Shown here: one piece after another, positions 1-10,065 of the stretch | Position numbering within the stretch: position 1 is the stretch's first letter | Layout: each line of letters begins with the position of its first letter | Assembly (NCBI GenBank): GCA_024277655.1 | Contig: JAJRUT010000063.1 | Location: 16,939 to 80,938, forward strand | DNA: 64,000 nucleotides | Reading direction: 5' to 3' | Source: Deltaproteobacteria bacterium | GTDB taxonomy: Bacteria > Desulfobacterota > Desulfobulbia > Desulfobulbales > SURF-16 | Translations under genes and position numbers: made by a program | The notes under the pieces: generated by a model | Database searches by the model: none | Told to the model about the DNA's origin: nothing | What the model saw: the letters and a program-made list of their open reading frames with translations, nothing else

Positions 1-281
1 TAAATAAGGGTGCCGATAAGATCTCCTGGCAGAAGATCTGGGGTGAATTGGATGCGGTTGTAGTGGGTACCTGTGGCCTGGGCCAGGGTGGTTACGGCCA
101 GGGTCTTGGCAAGTCCCGGTAACCCCTCGATGAGGATGTGATTGTTGCAGAGCATCCCGGTGACAAGGCGGTCAAGGAGTGGTCCTTGGCCAATGATCAC
201 CTTGGCAATTTCATCTCTGATCTTGGTTAGTAGGGGGGCGATTTCATTAACTTTATTGTCAATCTCTGTGTGTGAGGTCAT
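1..281 (-). CDS. MoxR-family AAA+ ATPase, N-terminal part (gene runs off the window start)
   Basis: Not in the ORF track because it is open at the edge. My reverse-strand translation from ATG (281-279) gives MTSHTEIDNKVNEIAPLLTKIRDEIAKVIIGQGPLLDRLVTGMLCNNHILIEGLPGLAKTLAVTTLAQATGTHYNRIQFTPDLLPGDLIGT. It contains the GxPGxAKT Walker A and the FTPDLLPxD segment typical of MoxR ATPases. Confidence 0.8.
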   Translation of the reverse strand, partial: MTSHTEIDNKVNEIAPLLTKIRDEIAKVIIGQGPLLDRLVTGMLCNNHILIEGLPGLAKTLAVTTLAQATGTHYNRIQFTPDLLPGDLIGTLI

Positions 282-382
282 AAGTGTATGGTGTCACGGG
301 TTCTTAAATAGTTCCAAAAAATATAAATTACGCGAGATTCTATTTAAGAACGATTAGAGCTGATGTCAAGGGCGCTCTCTCT

Positions 383-577
383 CTAGTCGGGGAGCTTTTG
401 CTGGTTGTGTCTCTCCAGAAGCTCGGCAGCCTTTTTAGCCTTGTCGATGGGGGCCTTGATCCGCTCAACCTGACGATTGGCCTCTTTGTCGGTGGCACTC
501 TTGCGATCCTCTGCAGAGCAACCTGAAAGTGGGGTGAGAAGGGTGAGGGTAATGAGGATGAAAAGGGCGTGGCGCAT
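383..577 (-). CDS. small lipoprotein, function unknown
   Basis: 64 aa. Hydrophobic leader ending in the lipobox LSG-C (MRHALFILITLTLLTPLSGC), followed by a charged, predicted helical tail. Confidence 0.6.
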   Translation of the reverse strand: MRHALFILITLTLLTPLSGCSAEDRKSATDKEANRQVERIKAPIDKAKKAAELLERHNQQKLPD

Positions 578-763
578 GCTGGGTGGTCCTTGTTGGGGGG
601 GTAGGTGTTCACGCTAATGCCCAACGGGCAAGGGTGTTGCCCTTAGTTTTTTAGGCGTTTGGGGCTGGTGGACTATTCTGGGATATAGGGTATAAATTCT
701 CTGTTTCTGTTTAGGTTCGGCATGAATTTTTATGGGTAAAATCAGCCCCAGAAAATATTTCCC

Positions 764-2233
764 CTACGTTTTGATATCCAGTAAATTGCCAAGCATCTCA
801 TCGCCAATCTGAATCATCTTGATGTTGGCTTGAAAATAACGTTTGGTGAGCATCATGGATGGCAGTTCAATGGCAAGATCGACATTGGCCAGCTCGCTGC
901 CGTTTGGGATGAGGGAGCCGTTGCCGGATTCCCCTGGCGCTCCTGTGGTTGGGCTGCCTGAGGCTGATGTCGCCCTGAAGCTGTTGCCTTCCTGGGCCAA
1001 AAGGCTGGCCGGGTTGCTGAAATTTGCCAGAGCCAGTTGCCCCTTTCTTACCACCTGACCGTTGGAGTAGGAGGCGGAGATCATCCCGTTTGGACTGGTG
1101 TGAACAGCCTTGAGAAAACCCGAAGCCGAGCCATCCTGCTTTTGGCTGATGGTGGTGGCTGAGTTGGCGTACTGGGTGGTGGCCTGAGCTGATGGCGTAA
1201 AGTCGTTGCCTGTGCCACTGTAAACGGCACCAAAGTCCAGTTTTATCTGGTGGTTTTGGTTGTCGCCTGTGAAATTTACCGGAAAGGAATAGGTGGAATC
1301 TTCCGGGTTAAGGTTTATTTGGTTGTCAGGGGCTGTGGGGTTTACCTGCCCGTCAGCAGGAACGTTATAGGCCTTGATTCCGTTTATTTCGCCATTACTG
1401 CCAAAGCTGATGGTGCCATACAGTAAGGCCCCGCTACCCTTGTCCGTTGTGGCAGTGATGGGGCCTGAACTGGTATCCAGGCGCTGGTCACTTGTGGGGT
1501 CAGTGGTGACCAGAAACTCATACTCGTTGCTGTTGCTAGTTCGGTCATAGAGGATGGTTACATCTCGTTTGGCTCCCTGACTGTCGTAAATGGCAATTGA
1601 GCTGGTGTAATCGAAATTGTTGGCGTCAATGGCTGGAGTGGGGGGCTGAGTGGTTACATTGCGGCCATCCCAGGAATCAAAGAGAGGGATGTTAACCTCC
1701 TCCACCGGGATTCTTGAGTCAAGATTCACAATCTGGCTGATGGCACCTGTCGCCGCTGGAGGGCTTGTGGCCCCAAGTTGCAGGTCACCGATGGTGCCGA
1801 TCCGGTTACCGTTTTCCGGGTCAACGGACCAGCCCTGGACAATTTGGCCTGAGGGGTTGGTAAGGAACCCCTGTTTGTCGAAGGAGAAATTGCCATCCCG
1901 GCTGTAGGTATCAGCTTTAGAGGAGGATTGATCGCGGAGGATAAAATAACCGTTGCCGCTGATGGCAAGCTCAGTGGGGTTTTCGGAAGGGGCGATGCCA
2001 CCCTGACTGAGATTGGTGGAGATCGAGCCAACATTCACCCCGAGGCCAACCTGACCCGTACCACCTGCCGTCGGAACTCCCTGTGTTTGACCACTGGCGA
2101 GATTAAGTCTGCCACTCTTGAACCCTGTGGTGTTGACATTTGCAACATTGTTGGCCGTGACGTTGGATTTTTTTGATAAGCCGATCAGGGCCGATACTGC
2201 CGAATTAATGCCGGTAAGCATAGCTCCCTCCAT
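764..2233 (-). CDS. flgE: flagellar hook protein FlgE
   Basis: The N-terminus (MLTGINSAVSAL ... NNVANVNTTGFK) is the conserved rod/hook N-terminal motif. It also has the DGNFSFDKQGFLTNPSGQIVQGW hook segment and a conserved C-terminal helix (ANVDLAIELPSMMLTKRYFQAN). The true start may be the ATG at 2221. Confidence 0.85.
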   Translation of the reverse strand: MEGAMLTGINSAVSALIGLSKKSNVTANNVANVNTTGFKSGRLNLASGQTQGVPTAGGTGQVGLGVNVGSISTNLSQGGIAPSENPTELAISGNGYFILRDQSSSKADTYSRDGNFSFDKQGFLTNPSGQIVQGWSVDPENGNRIGTIGDLQLGATSPPAATGAISQIVNLDSRIPVEEVNIPLFDSWDGRNVTTQPPTPAIDANNFDYTSSIAIYDSQGAKRDVTILYDRTSNSNEYEFLVTTDPTSDQRLDTSSGPITATTDKGSGALLYGTISFGSNGEINGIKAYNVPADGQVNPTAPDNQINLNPEDSTYSFPVNFTGDNQNHQIKLDFGAVYSGTGNDFTPSAQATTQYANSATTISQKQDGSASGFLKAVHTSPNGMISASYSNGQVVRKGQLALANFSNPASLLAQEGNSFRATSASGSPTTGAPGESGNGSLIPNGSELANVDLAIELPSMMLTKRYFQANIKMIQIGDEMLGNLLDIKT

Positions 2234-2453
2234 GGATGATCTTTAATATCAGCCAATAGTGTAAGCATTAATATTGATTTTGACAAACCTTTTATAAGGT
2301 GAGCCAAGGTGCGAAGTTTCGCCTTGTTTCCGGCTGTTATGGGCCTTTTAGTATATTATGTTAATCTGTTCAGAGGGTTACAGGCTCTTGTCTTTTTAGT
2401 CACAGGCTTAATAGAAAAACACGGACAAAAACTGTTTGGCTTTGTGGCGGCAT

Positions 2454-2496
2454 AAAAAAAGCCCCTTAGCTGAAATATTTAAGCTAAGGGGCTTTT
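2454..2496 (-). terminator. rho-independent terminator downstream of the DUF1566 gene
   Basis: 11-bp perfect stem gccccttagct/agctaaggggc (2461-2471 and 2482-2492). An A7 run lies on the plus strand, which is U7 on the minus-strand transcript. It sits directly after the stop at 2502. Confidence 0.75.
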
Positions 2497-2501
2497 GGGT
2501 A

Positions 2502-3446
2502 CTAGATGTTTCGGCACATCTTGCCAAATCCACCGGGAATTGTGCCTGAGGCCCAGAATACAGTGCCCTGCTTGTAGTCACAGAACCAGTAGCCGCCCGG
2601 TTTGCGTTCCTCGGCGACAAAGATAAACGGGGTGTCATCTTTAAAGCAAGGATTCATGTGTAGGTCATTGTCTTGTACTTCTGGGGTCATAAGGGACAGG
2701 GCCTCCTCCAATGAGGGCAGACGCCAGTCGGAGAATCCTGCAAACTCGTCATCGTTTAAGCGGTCAACGTGGGCCCGCATCTTGCGAATTGAGGTGAGGT
2801 CTGCTCCGGATTGTTGCCACATAAGACCTGTGACCTTGTCCGTGATGGTCTGATTGTCACCGTTATCCACCAGGAAATTAGTAAAAGAGCCGGCCTGGTT
2901 GCGGGTGGAATCAAAGAAGTTATACTTGGATAAGCTGGCAGAGATGTCATCTTCCTGGCGCAATTTCGCCCGATTCTGCAACATTACTGGCTCAAGGTTT
3001 TCCGGTAGGGGGGTATCCCGCTGGGGAAGATTATAAGTGATTTCGGCCTGCTGTTTATGCTCTACAGGATGTACAGCCGATAATTCGCTGCTCTCGATAA
3101 TATTGTTAATGAGCCAATTCTTCAGGCTAGAATTGATGGCATAGTTGCGATCGAGGCTTTTGGAAAGACCGTCATCCTTAATGGCTTGGTCAATAAGATC
3201 TTGTGGGGCATCGATGGTTGCAAGGACTTGGGCATGCTTGATGCCACGCTCCATCAGGCATAATGTTGCCGGAGAGGTCCAGCCATCCACAAAGAAGTAG
3301 TAATGGCGTTCGTTGGGGCTACGTAGGCGTTGCTGGTCTTTCCCGCCCCAGCTTTCAAAGATGGCAAAGGTTTCGGCGGGAAGAAGATCCCAGTCAATGG
3401 TTGGGGTTAAGTTTTTGGCAATTCCAAGTTTTTCAAAAAGTTCCAT
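2502..3446 (-). CDS. DUF1566 (Lcl C-terminal-like) domain protein, cytoplasmic, N-terminal region unknown
   Basis: The C-terminal part has GLMWQQS ... FSDWRLPSLEEALSL ... YWFCD, the pattern I recognise as DUF1566. No signal peptide. Confidence 0.6.
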   Translation of the reverse strand: MELFEKLGIAKNLTPTIDWDLLPAETFAIFESWGGKDQQRLRSPNERHYYFFVDGWTSPATLCLMERGIKHAQVLATIDAPQDLIDQAIKDDGLSKSLDRNYAINSSLKNWLINNIIESSELSAVHPVEHKQQAEITYNLPQRDTPLPENLEPVMLQNRAKLRQEDDISASLSKYNFFDSTRNQAGSFTNFLVDNGDNQTITDKVTGLMWQQSGADLTSIRKMRAHVDRLNDDEFAGFSDWRLPSLEEALSLMTPEVQDNDLHMNPCFKDDTPFIFVAEERKPGGYWFCDYKQGTVFWASGTIPGGFGKMCRNI

Positions 3447-3571
3447 GGTAACCTCCGGCTAGATGTGAGTAAAATAAACTTTTTAGTTGTTAGATAATAA
3501 ACTCCCACTCTCCATTTCTAATATTCTCTATAAAAAGAAATGCAAAAGAAGTCAATGATAATTATTACTAA

Positions 3572-5683
3572 GTGAATAAAATGAACAGGTTACCTCTCGA
3601 TGTACATCAGGGTGTTGCCTTGCCCCTTGGTGTGAGTTTTCAGGCAAACAGGGTTAACTTTGCTCTGTTCTCGCGCCATGCCGAGGCCGTCTCCCTCGTG
3701 TTGTTTGAGCCGGGCATCACCGATGCCTGGATTGAAGTTGAGCTTGACTATAAGGTCAATAAAACAGGGGATATCTGGCATATCATGTTGAGTGATGTGC
3801 CTTATGGCACAGAGTATGGTTATCGCCTTGTTGGGCCCTATGATCCCCATGATTCAGGGCATTGTTATAGGCCGGGTCAGCTTGTCCTCGACCCGTATAG
3901 CCATTCCCTCTCAAATGCTGAGGTGTGGGGGGAGGAACGGAAACTAAAGGGTCGGACGAAATGTGGGCGGGATTTTATCCGCCGGGGAATTATAAAGCCT
4001 TCTAGCTTTGACTGGCAGGGTGATCGCCCCTTGAATATCCTTTTGAAAGACTCGATTATTTATGAGATGCATGTTCGGGGGTTTACGCAACATCAGAGTT
4101 CCGGGGTGAAAAATCCTGGCACCTATAGGGGGGTCATCGAGAAGATTCCCTACCTTAAAAAGCTTGGGGTAACGGCTGTTGAGCTTATGCCAGTTACGGA
4201 ATTTGTTGAGAGTGAAAAACTGTTCAAGGATCCGCAGACAGGGGAGTATTTAAAGAATTACTGGGGATATAACCCCATTTGTTTCTTTGCTCCCAAGGCG
4301 TCCTATGCTGTTGATGGCACGGCGGGCAACCAGGTCAACGAGTTTAAGGAGATGGTCAGGGAGTTGCATAAGGCGGGTATTGAGGTGATTTTAGATGTTG
4401 TTTTTAATCACACCGGTGAGGGGGATTATAATGGTACTACCTACTCCTTTCGTGGCATCGACAATGTGATTTACTACATTCTTGGGCCGAATAAGGAGTA
4501 TATGAATTACTCTGGTTGCGGCAACACTATCAACTGTAATCATCCCTTGGTTCGTAATTTTATTATGGATTGTCTGCGTTACTGGGTAATGGAGATGCAT
4601 GTGGATGGTTTTCGCTTTGATCTGGCCTCAATTCTTGGTCGTTCCCCTTCTGGAGAGGTTTTGATGAACCCTCCCATGGTGGAGCAGATTGCCGAGGATC
4701 CGGTGCTGGCCAATACCAAGATTATTGCCGAGGCATGGGACGCTGCCGGGGTGTATCAGGTGGGGAGCTTTTCAACCCACAAGCGTTGGGCTGAATGGAA
4801 TGGCAAGTTTCGTGATGATGTGCGGAGTTTTATGTGTGGTCAGGAGGGTAGTGTTGCAGATCTTGCCACCCGTATTGCCGGCTCCTCCGATTTGTATCAG
4901 TGGTCTAGTCGCACCCCTTATAATTCGATTAATTTTATTACAAGTCATGATGGTTTTACTCTGGCTGATCTGGTTAGTTATAACGGTAAGCATAATGAGC
5001 GAAATGGGGAGGAAAATCGTGATGGAGATAACCACAATATCAGCTGGAATTCCGGGGTTGAGGGGCAGACGGATGTTGCCGAGGTTCTGGTTTTGCGTAA
5101 GAGGCGAGTTAAGACCATGGCGGTTCTCCTTATGTTATCTCAAGGCGTACCGATGCTTGTGGCGGGAGATGAGTTTGGTCGTAGTCAGCAGGGGAATAAT
5201 AATGGTTGGTGTCAAGACAATGAGTTGAGTTGGCTTAATTGGCAGGATGCCAAATATAACAGTGGCTTACGCCTGTTTTTCACAAAACTTATCGCCCTGC
5301 GCAAAGGGCATAAGATCTTTAGGAGATGTGATTTTTTTGCCGATGATTCTGCCGGTCGTGAGGAAATCATCTGGTGGGGGGCGCAGGGAGAGGAGCAACG
5401 CTGGGATAGTGATGCCCGGAGCCTGGGGTTTATTTTGCAAGACCGTGCTGTGCAGGGGCCGGTGGATAATGATTTTCTTGTAATGGTTAACGGTGGTCTT
5501 GACTCTACTTTTTTCACCTTGCCACCCCTTGAAACCGGGCATTGGTGTCGTCTGATTAATACAGGTCTAAAGCACCCGGCAGATTTTGTTGAAGAATGTA
5601 AGGCTTTGCCGGTGGCAAAATCAGGTGTTACGGTTGCAGGGATGGTGGTCGTTGTCCTGATGTCCAAGAGGGGCAAGGCGTGA
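3572..5683 (+). CDS. glgX: glycogen debranching enzyme (isoamylase, GH13)
   Basis: GH13 conserved regions are present: DVVFNHTGEG, VDGFRFDLASILGR, IAEAWDAAG, FITSHDGFTL. It also has the GlgX-type N-terminal domain and the NRDGDNHNISWN segment. The start is probably the ATG at 3581. Confidence 0.9.
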   Translation: MNKMNRLPLDVHQGVALPLGVSFQANRVNFALFSRHAEAVSLVLFEPGITDAWIEVELDYKVNKTGDIWHIMLSDVPYGTEYGYRLVGPYDPHDSGHCYRPGQLVLDPYSHSLSNAEVWGEERKLKGRTKCGRDFIRRGIIKPSSFDWQGDRPLNILLKDSIIYEMHVRGFTQHQSSGVKNPGTYRGVIEKIPYLKKLGVTAVELMPVTEFVESEKLFKDPQTGEYLKNYWGYNPICFFAPKASYAVDGTAGNQVNEFKEMVRELHKAGIEVILDVVFNHTGEGDYNGTTYSFRGIDNVIYYILGPNKEYMNYSGCGNTINCNHPLVRNFIMDCLRYWVMEMHVDGFRFDLASILGRSPSGEVLMNPPMVEQIAEDPVLANTKIIAEAWDAAGVYQVGSFSTHKRWAEWNGKFRDDVRSFMCGQEGSVADLATRIAGSSDLYQWSSRTPYNSINFITSHDGFTLADLVSYNGKHNERNGEENRDGDNHNISWNSGVEGQTDVAEVLVLRKRRVKTMAVLLMLSQGVPMLVAGDEFGRSQQGNNNGWCQDNELSWLNWQDAKYNSGLRLFFTKLIALRKGHKIFRRCDFFADDSAGREEIIWWGAQGEEQRWDSDARSLGFILQDRAVQGPVDNDFLVMVNGGLDSTFFTLPPLETGHWCRLINTGLKHPADFVEECKALPVAKSGVTVAGMVVVVLMSKRGKA

Positions 5684-6234
5684 CCTGTCAGGTTGAGCGT
5701 ATTCTGTTTATTGGTGACTCTCTGATCGCTTTTTATGAGTGGCAGGAATATTTTCCCCAGTTTGACTGTGTTAACCTAGGAGTGCCAGGTGAAACAGTGG
5801 CTGGTTGGCAGGGGCTCACCGCGCAGGTTGGTGAGCGATATCCTGAGGCTCAGTACCTGGTAGTGATGCTAGGGACAAACAATATTTGCCAGCAGGATTA
5901 TGGTTTCTTCGGTGATTACAGGACATTGCTGGATGAATTGCGCTGTTTGTATCCTGAGGGAAAGATTGTTGTCTGTTCGTTATTGCCCCATATCTTGCCA
6001 TGGCTTGCCGAAACCGCAGTATCCCGGTTGAATGAAGCGTTGGCGCTACTGGTATACGAGCGGGGTGATGTGTTTCTTGATCTATATCCCCATTTTGTGG
6101 ACCAAAGGCATAGCTGTTTCCTGGAAGATGGTGTCCATTTGGCGGAAATGGGGTATAGGATATGGTCTGATTTGCTGGCCACTGTTTTGGCTGGGAGTGG
6201 GGCAGAGGGCGGTTCAAGTTCGCCGGGGACGTAA
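5680..6234 (+). CDS. SGNH/GDSL-family hydrolase
   Basis: Block I FIGDSL, block III LGTNN and block V DGVHL are all present. Its start overlaps the glgX stop by 4 nt. Confidence 0.75.
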   Translation: MTCQVERILFIGDSLIAFYEWQEYFPQFDCVNLGVPGETVAGWQGLTAQVGERYPEAQYLVVMLGTNNICQQDYGFFGDYRTLLDELRCLYPEGKIVVCSLLPHILPWLAETAVSRLNEALALLVYERGDVFLDLYPHFVDQRHSCFLEDGVHLAEMGYRIWSDLLATVLAGSGAEGGSSSPGT

Positions 6235-6361
6235 ATCTTCTTTTGCCGAGCTGTTGTTTCTGCTAGTCTAGGTGGTGATGTTGTGTGGTGGTTATAATTT
6301 GGTGAATGCTATCTGGGGTTACATTGTTTTACGGGTTACCAGTATATAAATAGGGGGTGTT

Positions 6362-6634
6362 ATGTTTTTTGCTCAAGTTGAAAAAGAGAAGTTTCATGCG
6401 GTTATTTTTGTTGGACGCTTAAAGATTGAAGGGGTGATTCATCTCCTTCCCCAAGAACGGGTAACCGATTTTCTGGATTCTGCAGATACAGAGTTTTTAC
6501 CTGTTACCTGCGCCACGGTCTACCATGTTGATAGTGGCGAAAAACTGCATTCGGCAAAATTTATGAGTCTCAATAAAAGAGAAATTCAGGTCATCTGTCC
6601 GGCTGAGGATGGCGCCGAAATGCCGGACTGTTAA
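6362..6634 (+). CDS. hypothetical small protein
   Basis: 90-aa ORF preceded by a GGGGGTG Shine-Dalgarno-like sequence. I recognise no motif. Confidence 0.4.
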   Translation: MFFAQVEKEKFHAVIFVGRLKIEGVIHLLPQERVTDFLDSADTEFLPVTCATVYHVDSGEKLHSAKFMSLNKREIQVICPAEDGAEMPDC

Positions 6635-6844
6635 TAGAGATTTCCTGGAAGTTGTTTTGTAGAGATCTTTACCCTTGGGCATGTTTGCATGTTCAGGGGT
6701 ATTTTTTTGTCGCGAGTGGGGGGGGAAATTTTACAAAACAGCAATAAGAGTGTCGTTTTTTTTTTCAATTTTGTAATATGATCCCCCTTTTGTAGGCAAG
6801 AGGCGCTGTTTTGGCGTGTCTGGCAGTTTTTTAATAAGTTTTAT

Positions 6845-8413
6845 GTGAGTAGGATGGATATGGGTCAGGATAAGATAAGTCAGGAACTTGCAGATATAAC
6901 CACGTTGTATGAGATTACCAAGGTGCTTGCGGGATCATTTGAATTACGTGAGTGCCTTGAGCAGATCATGGAAATTTTATCCGGCCAGCGGCAGATGCAT
7001 AATGGGACTGTAACTATTATTAACCCGGTCACTGCCCAGCTTGAAATTGAAATAGCCTATGGTTTGACGGCTGAGGCCCGTAAGCGTGGGAAATATGAGG
7101 TGGGTGAGGGGATTACCGGCCGGGTTGTGGCCAATGGTTCGCCCATTGTCGTGCCTTCCATCAGCGATGAGCCTCTATTTTTGAACCGGACACGGTACCG
7201 TGGCGACTTGAACCTGAAACAGCAGATCTCCTTCCTCTGTGTCCCGGTGAAGCATGGTCAGCAGGTGATTGGCGCCCTTAGTGTTGATCGTGAGTATAAA
7301 AAGGGGCTTGATTTTGAGTCTGATTTACAGTTTCTGGCGATCATTTCCGGCCTTATCGCCCAGTCCGTGGTGCGTATTCAGGCTTTTGCTGAAGAAAAAC
7401 GTAAACTTGTCAAAGAAAACAGCTCTCTCAAGCGCGAGTTGTCAGGCAAGTACCAGATTGGCAATATTGTTTCAAACTCCTCCAGGATGCGCGAGGTGTT
7501 TGAGATGATTCACCGAGTGGCTGAGTCCAATGCCACGGTTCTTCTGCGGGGTGAATCCGGCACGGGTAAGACCCTTGTGGCCAAGGCCATCCATTATAAT
7601 AGTAAACGGGCCAAGCAACCCTTTGTGGTGGTGAACTGTTCGGCTCTGCCGGAGACACTTCTTGAAAGTGAGTTGTTTGGTCACGAGAAGGGTGCCTTTA
7701 CCGGGGCCCATGCCGCAAAAAAAGGGCGTTTTGAGATTGCAGAGGGTGGCACGTTATTTCTGGATGAGATTGGTGAATTGAGCCAGACTGTGCAGATTAA
7801 GTTGCTCAACGTAATTCAGGATCGAGAGTTTCAGCGTCTTGGCGGTGTTGCCCCGGTGAAATGTGATGTGCGTATTGTCACGGCCACCCATGTCGACCTG
7901 GAAAAGGCGGTTGCGGCTGGTTCATTCCGGGAAGATTTTTATTATCGCCTCAACGTCTTTCCTATTTACTTGCCGTCACTGAGAAAGAGACGTACCGATA
8001 TCCTGCTTCTTGCCGAACATTTTCTGGTGGAATATTGCAAGGAAAACAACAAGTCTATTTCGCGCATCTCAACACCCGCCATTGATCTTTTAATGCAGTA
8101 TCATTGGCCGGGTAATGTTCGGGAGCTGCAAAACTGTATTGAGCGCGCCGTACTCATCTGTGATGAGGATGCCATCAAGAGTTTTCATTTGCCCCCGACC
8201 CTGCAAACCGCTGATAGTTCCACCAACAAAAATCCTCTGTCCTTTGCCGGGGCGGTGGAACATTATGAACGCGAGCTTATCGTTGAGGCCTTAAAGCATA
8301 CCAATGGTAATCAGACCAAGGCCTCTAAATATCTTGATACCTCCCTGCGAATCATTAATTACAAGATTCACAAGTATGAAATTGAACCCAAAGAGTATAA
8401 GGTTGCCAGCTAG
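6845..8413 (+). CDS. sigma-54-dependent transcriptional activator with N-terminal GAF domain (NifA-like architecture)
   Basis: GAF-like N-terminus. AAA+ core with [23 protein letters not shown] (GAFTGA loop) and [10 protein letters not shown]-terminal Fis-type HTH ([20 protein letters not shown]). Confidence 0.9.
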   Translation: MSRMDMGQDKISQELADITTLYEITKVLAGSFELRECLEQIMEILSGQRQMHNGTVTIINPVTAQLEIEIAYGLTAEARKRGKYEVGEGITGRVVANGSPIVVPSISDEPLFLNRTRYRGDLNLKQQISFLCVPVKHGQQVIGALSVDREYKKGLDFESDLQFLAIISGLIAQSVVRIQAFAEEKRKLVKENSSLKRELSGKYQIGNIVSNSSRMREVFEMIHRVAESNATVLLRGESGTGKTLVAKAIHYNSKRAKQPFVVVNCSALPETLLESELFGHEKGAFTGAHAAKKGRFEIAEGGTLFLDEIGELSQTVQIKLLNVIQDREFQRLGGVAPVKCDVRIVTATHVDLEKAVAAGSFREDFYYRLNVFPIYLPSLRKRRTDILLLAEHFLVEYCKENNKSISRISTPAIDLLMQYHWPGNVRELQNCIERAVLICDEDAIKSFHLPPTLQTADSSTNKNPLSFAGAVEHYERELIVEALKHTNGNQTKASKYLDTSLRIINYKIHKYEIEPKEYKVAS

Positions 8414-8437
8414 GAGCCGGTGGCGAGGGCTGGGCAA

Positions 8438-8992
8438 ATGAATCTTCTTCTCCATACCTGCTGCGGCCCTTGCTCGGTGTATCCCATCGCCGAGCTGCAA
8501 CAGCAGGGCCATGACATTACCGGTTATTTTTACAATCCCAATATTCATCCGTTTCGTGAATTTAAAAGGCGCCTTGCCTCCATGCGTTTATGTAGTGAGG
8601 GAAAGGGCATTTTTTGCGAATATGATACGGAGTATGGTCTGGTTAAGTATTTGCGCCGGGTAGTGTTCCATGAGGAGGAGCGCTGCGGACTGTGTTATGC
8701 GCTGCGCCTTGAGGAGGTGGCTCGGAAAACAAAGGAGCTTGGTCTTGACGGTTTTACCTCGACACTTTTGTACAGTCGCTATCAAAAACATAAGCTCATC
8801 TGCACTATTGCCGGTGAAATGGCGCAGAAATACGATGTCGAATTCTTCTACCAGGACTTTCGCGCCGGTTGGCAGGCCGGTATTGATGAGTCAATTACCC
8901 TGGATCTGTATCGTCAGCCCTATTGCGGTTGTATATATTCGGAACAGGAACGGTATGATAAGAGTAAACGCCGAAAAAAGGCTGGGAAGTAA
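8438..8992 (+). CDS. queH: epoxyqueuosine reductase QueH (DUF208)
   Basis: LLLHTCCGPCS ... YFYNPNIHP ... ERCGLCYALR ... YCGCIYS, the Cys pattern of QueH. The ORF track start is a GTG at 8420; the ATG at 8438 (MNLLLHTCC) is more likely. Confidence 0.85.
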   Translation: MNLLLHTCCGPCSVYPIAELQQQGHDITGYFYNPNIHPFREFKRRLASMRLCSEGKGIFCEYDTEYGLVKYLRRVVFHEEERCGLCYALRLEEVARKTKELGLDGFTSTLLYSRYQKHKLICTIAGEMAQKYDVEFFYQDFRAGWQAGIDESITLDLYRQPYCGCIYSEQERYDKSKRRKKAGK

Positions 8993-8995
8993 GAG

Positions 8996-10018
8996 ATGAC
9001 CCTCATTGCCGTAAAGGATGTTCTGGAGAACCCTGAACGTATTGTCGTGGATTTACGTACCCCCGCTGAATACGCCGGCGGTCATATTCCGGATAGTGTG
9101 AATGTGCCTCTTTTTACCGATGAAGAGCGGGCCAGGGTTGGCACCCTGTACAAGCAGGCTGGGAAGGAAATTGCCTTTCAGCATGGGTTAAAGTTTGTTG
9201 GGCCACGGCTGGCTGAAATGACCAAGCGGATTCGTAATCTTGCTAAGGGGAGGCCGCTGGCTTTTTATTGCTGGCGCGGTGGCATGCGTAGTGAAAGTGT
9301 CTGCTGGTTGATGGGGCTTGGCGGTATGGACGTCAACCGTATCAGGGGAGGCTACAAGGCGTATCGCCGCTATATTCGTAACGCCTTCACGGAGCCTGCC
9401 AATATGGTTATTTTGGGGGGCTACACCGGGACTGGTAAGACTGACGTTTTGCTTGAGCTTGAACGCCAGGGGGTGCAGATTGTTGATCTGGAGGGGGTTG
9501 CTAACCACAAGGGGTCTGTGTTTGGTCATATCAATGAATCCCCTCAACCCACCTCGGAGCAATTTGAAAATAATTTGTTTGAGGTGTGGCAGCGTATCGA
9601 TAAGAAACAGGTTGTGGTGATTGAGAACGAGTCAGCCTCGGTGGGCAGTGTATCTGTCCCCGAACCCCTATACCGGCAAATGCGTAAGGCGCCGGTAATC
9701 TCTATTTCGATTCCAATGGAAAAACGGGTTGGTCGCCTGGTGGGAGAGTATGGGGTGGATGATATTCAGGCGTTACTCGATGCCGTGGGTCGTATTGCCA
9801 AAAAGCTTGGGGGCCAGAAGAAGCAGATGGTGGAGACCTATATCCGAGCCCATCGTTTTGGTGAGGCGTGCGAGTTGCTCCTCGAATATTACGATAAGTA
9901 TTATGAACGTGGCGTGCAGGCCCGAGATATTAACACCTATCAGTTTATTGATCTTAAAGGTGTGGATCTTGCCCATGATAGCGCCAGGGTTAAAGATTTG
10001 CTGGAGTCTTCATATTAG
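8996..10018 (+). CDS. selU: tRNA 2-selenouridine synthase
   Basis: N-terminal rhodanese domain (VDLRTPAEYAGGHIPDSVNVP ... FYCWRGGMRSES), followed by the P-loop GGYTGTGKT and LEGVANHKGSVFG. Confidence 0.88.
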   Translation: MTLIAVKDVLENPERIVVDLRTPAEYAGGHIPDSVNVPLFTDEERARVGTLYKQAGKEIAFQHGLKFVGPRLAEMTKRIRNLAKGRPLAFYCWRGGMRSESVCWLMGLGGMDVNRIRGGYKAYRRYIRNAFTEPANMVILGGYTGTGKTDVLLELERQGVQIVDLEGVANHKGSVFGHINESPQPTSEQFENNLFEVWQRIDKKQVVVIENESASVGSVSVPEPLYRQMRKAPVISISIPMEKRVGRLVGEYGVDDIQALLDAVGRIAKKLGGQKKQMVETYIRAHRFGEACELLLEYYDKYYERGVQARDINTYQFIDLKGVDLAHDSARVKDLLESSY

Positions 10019-10065
10019 CCCTTGCCAGCCAAGGGCAACGGTAATATCACTTCTCACTTTACTAT

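Noticed and set aside
142-357. 71-aa plus-strand ORF at the window start.
   Set aside because: It overlaps the N-terminal coding region of the minus-strand MoxR ATPase, whose Walker A region is unambiguous.
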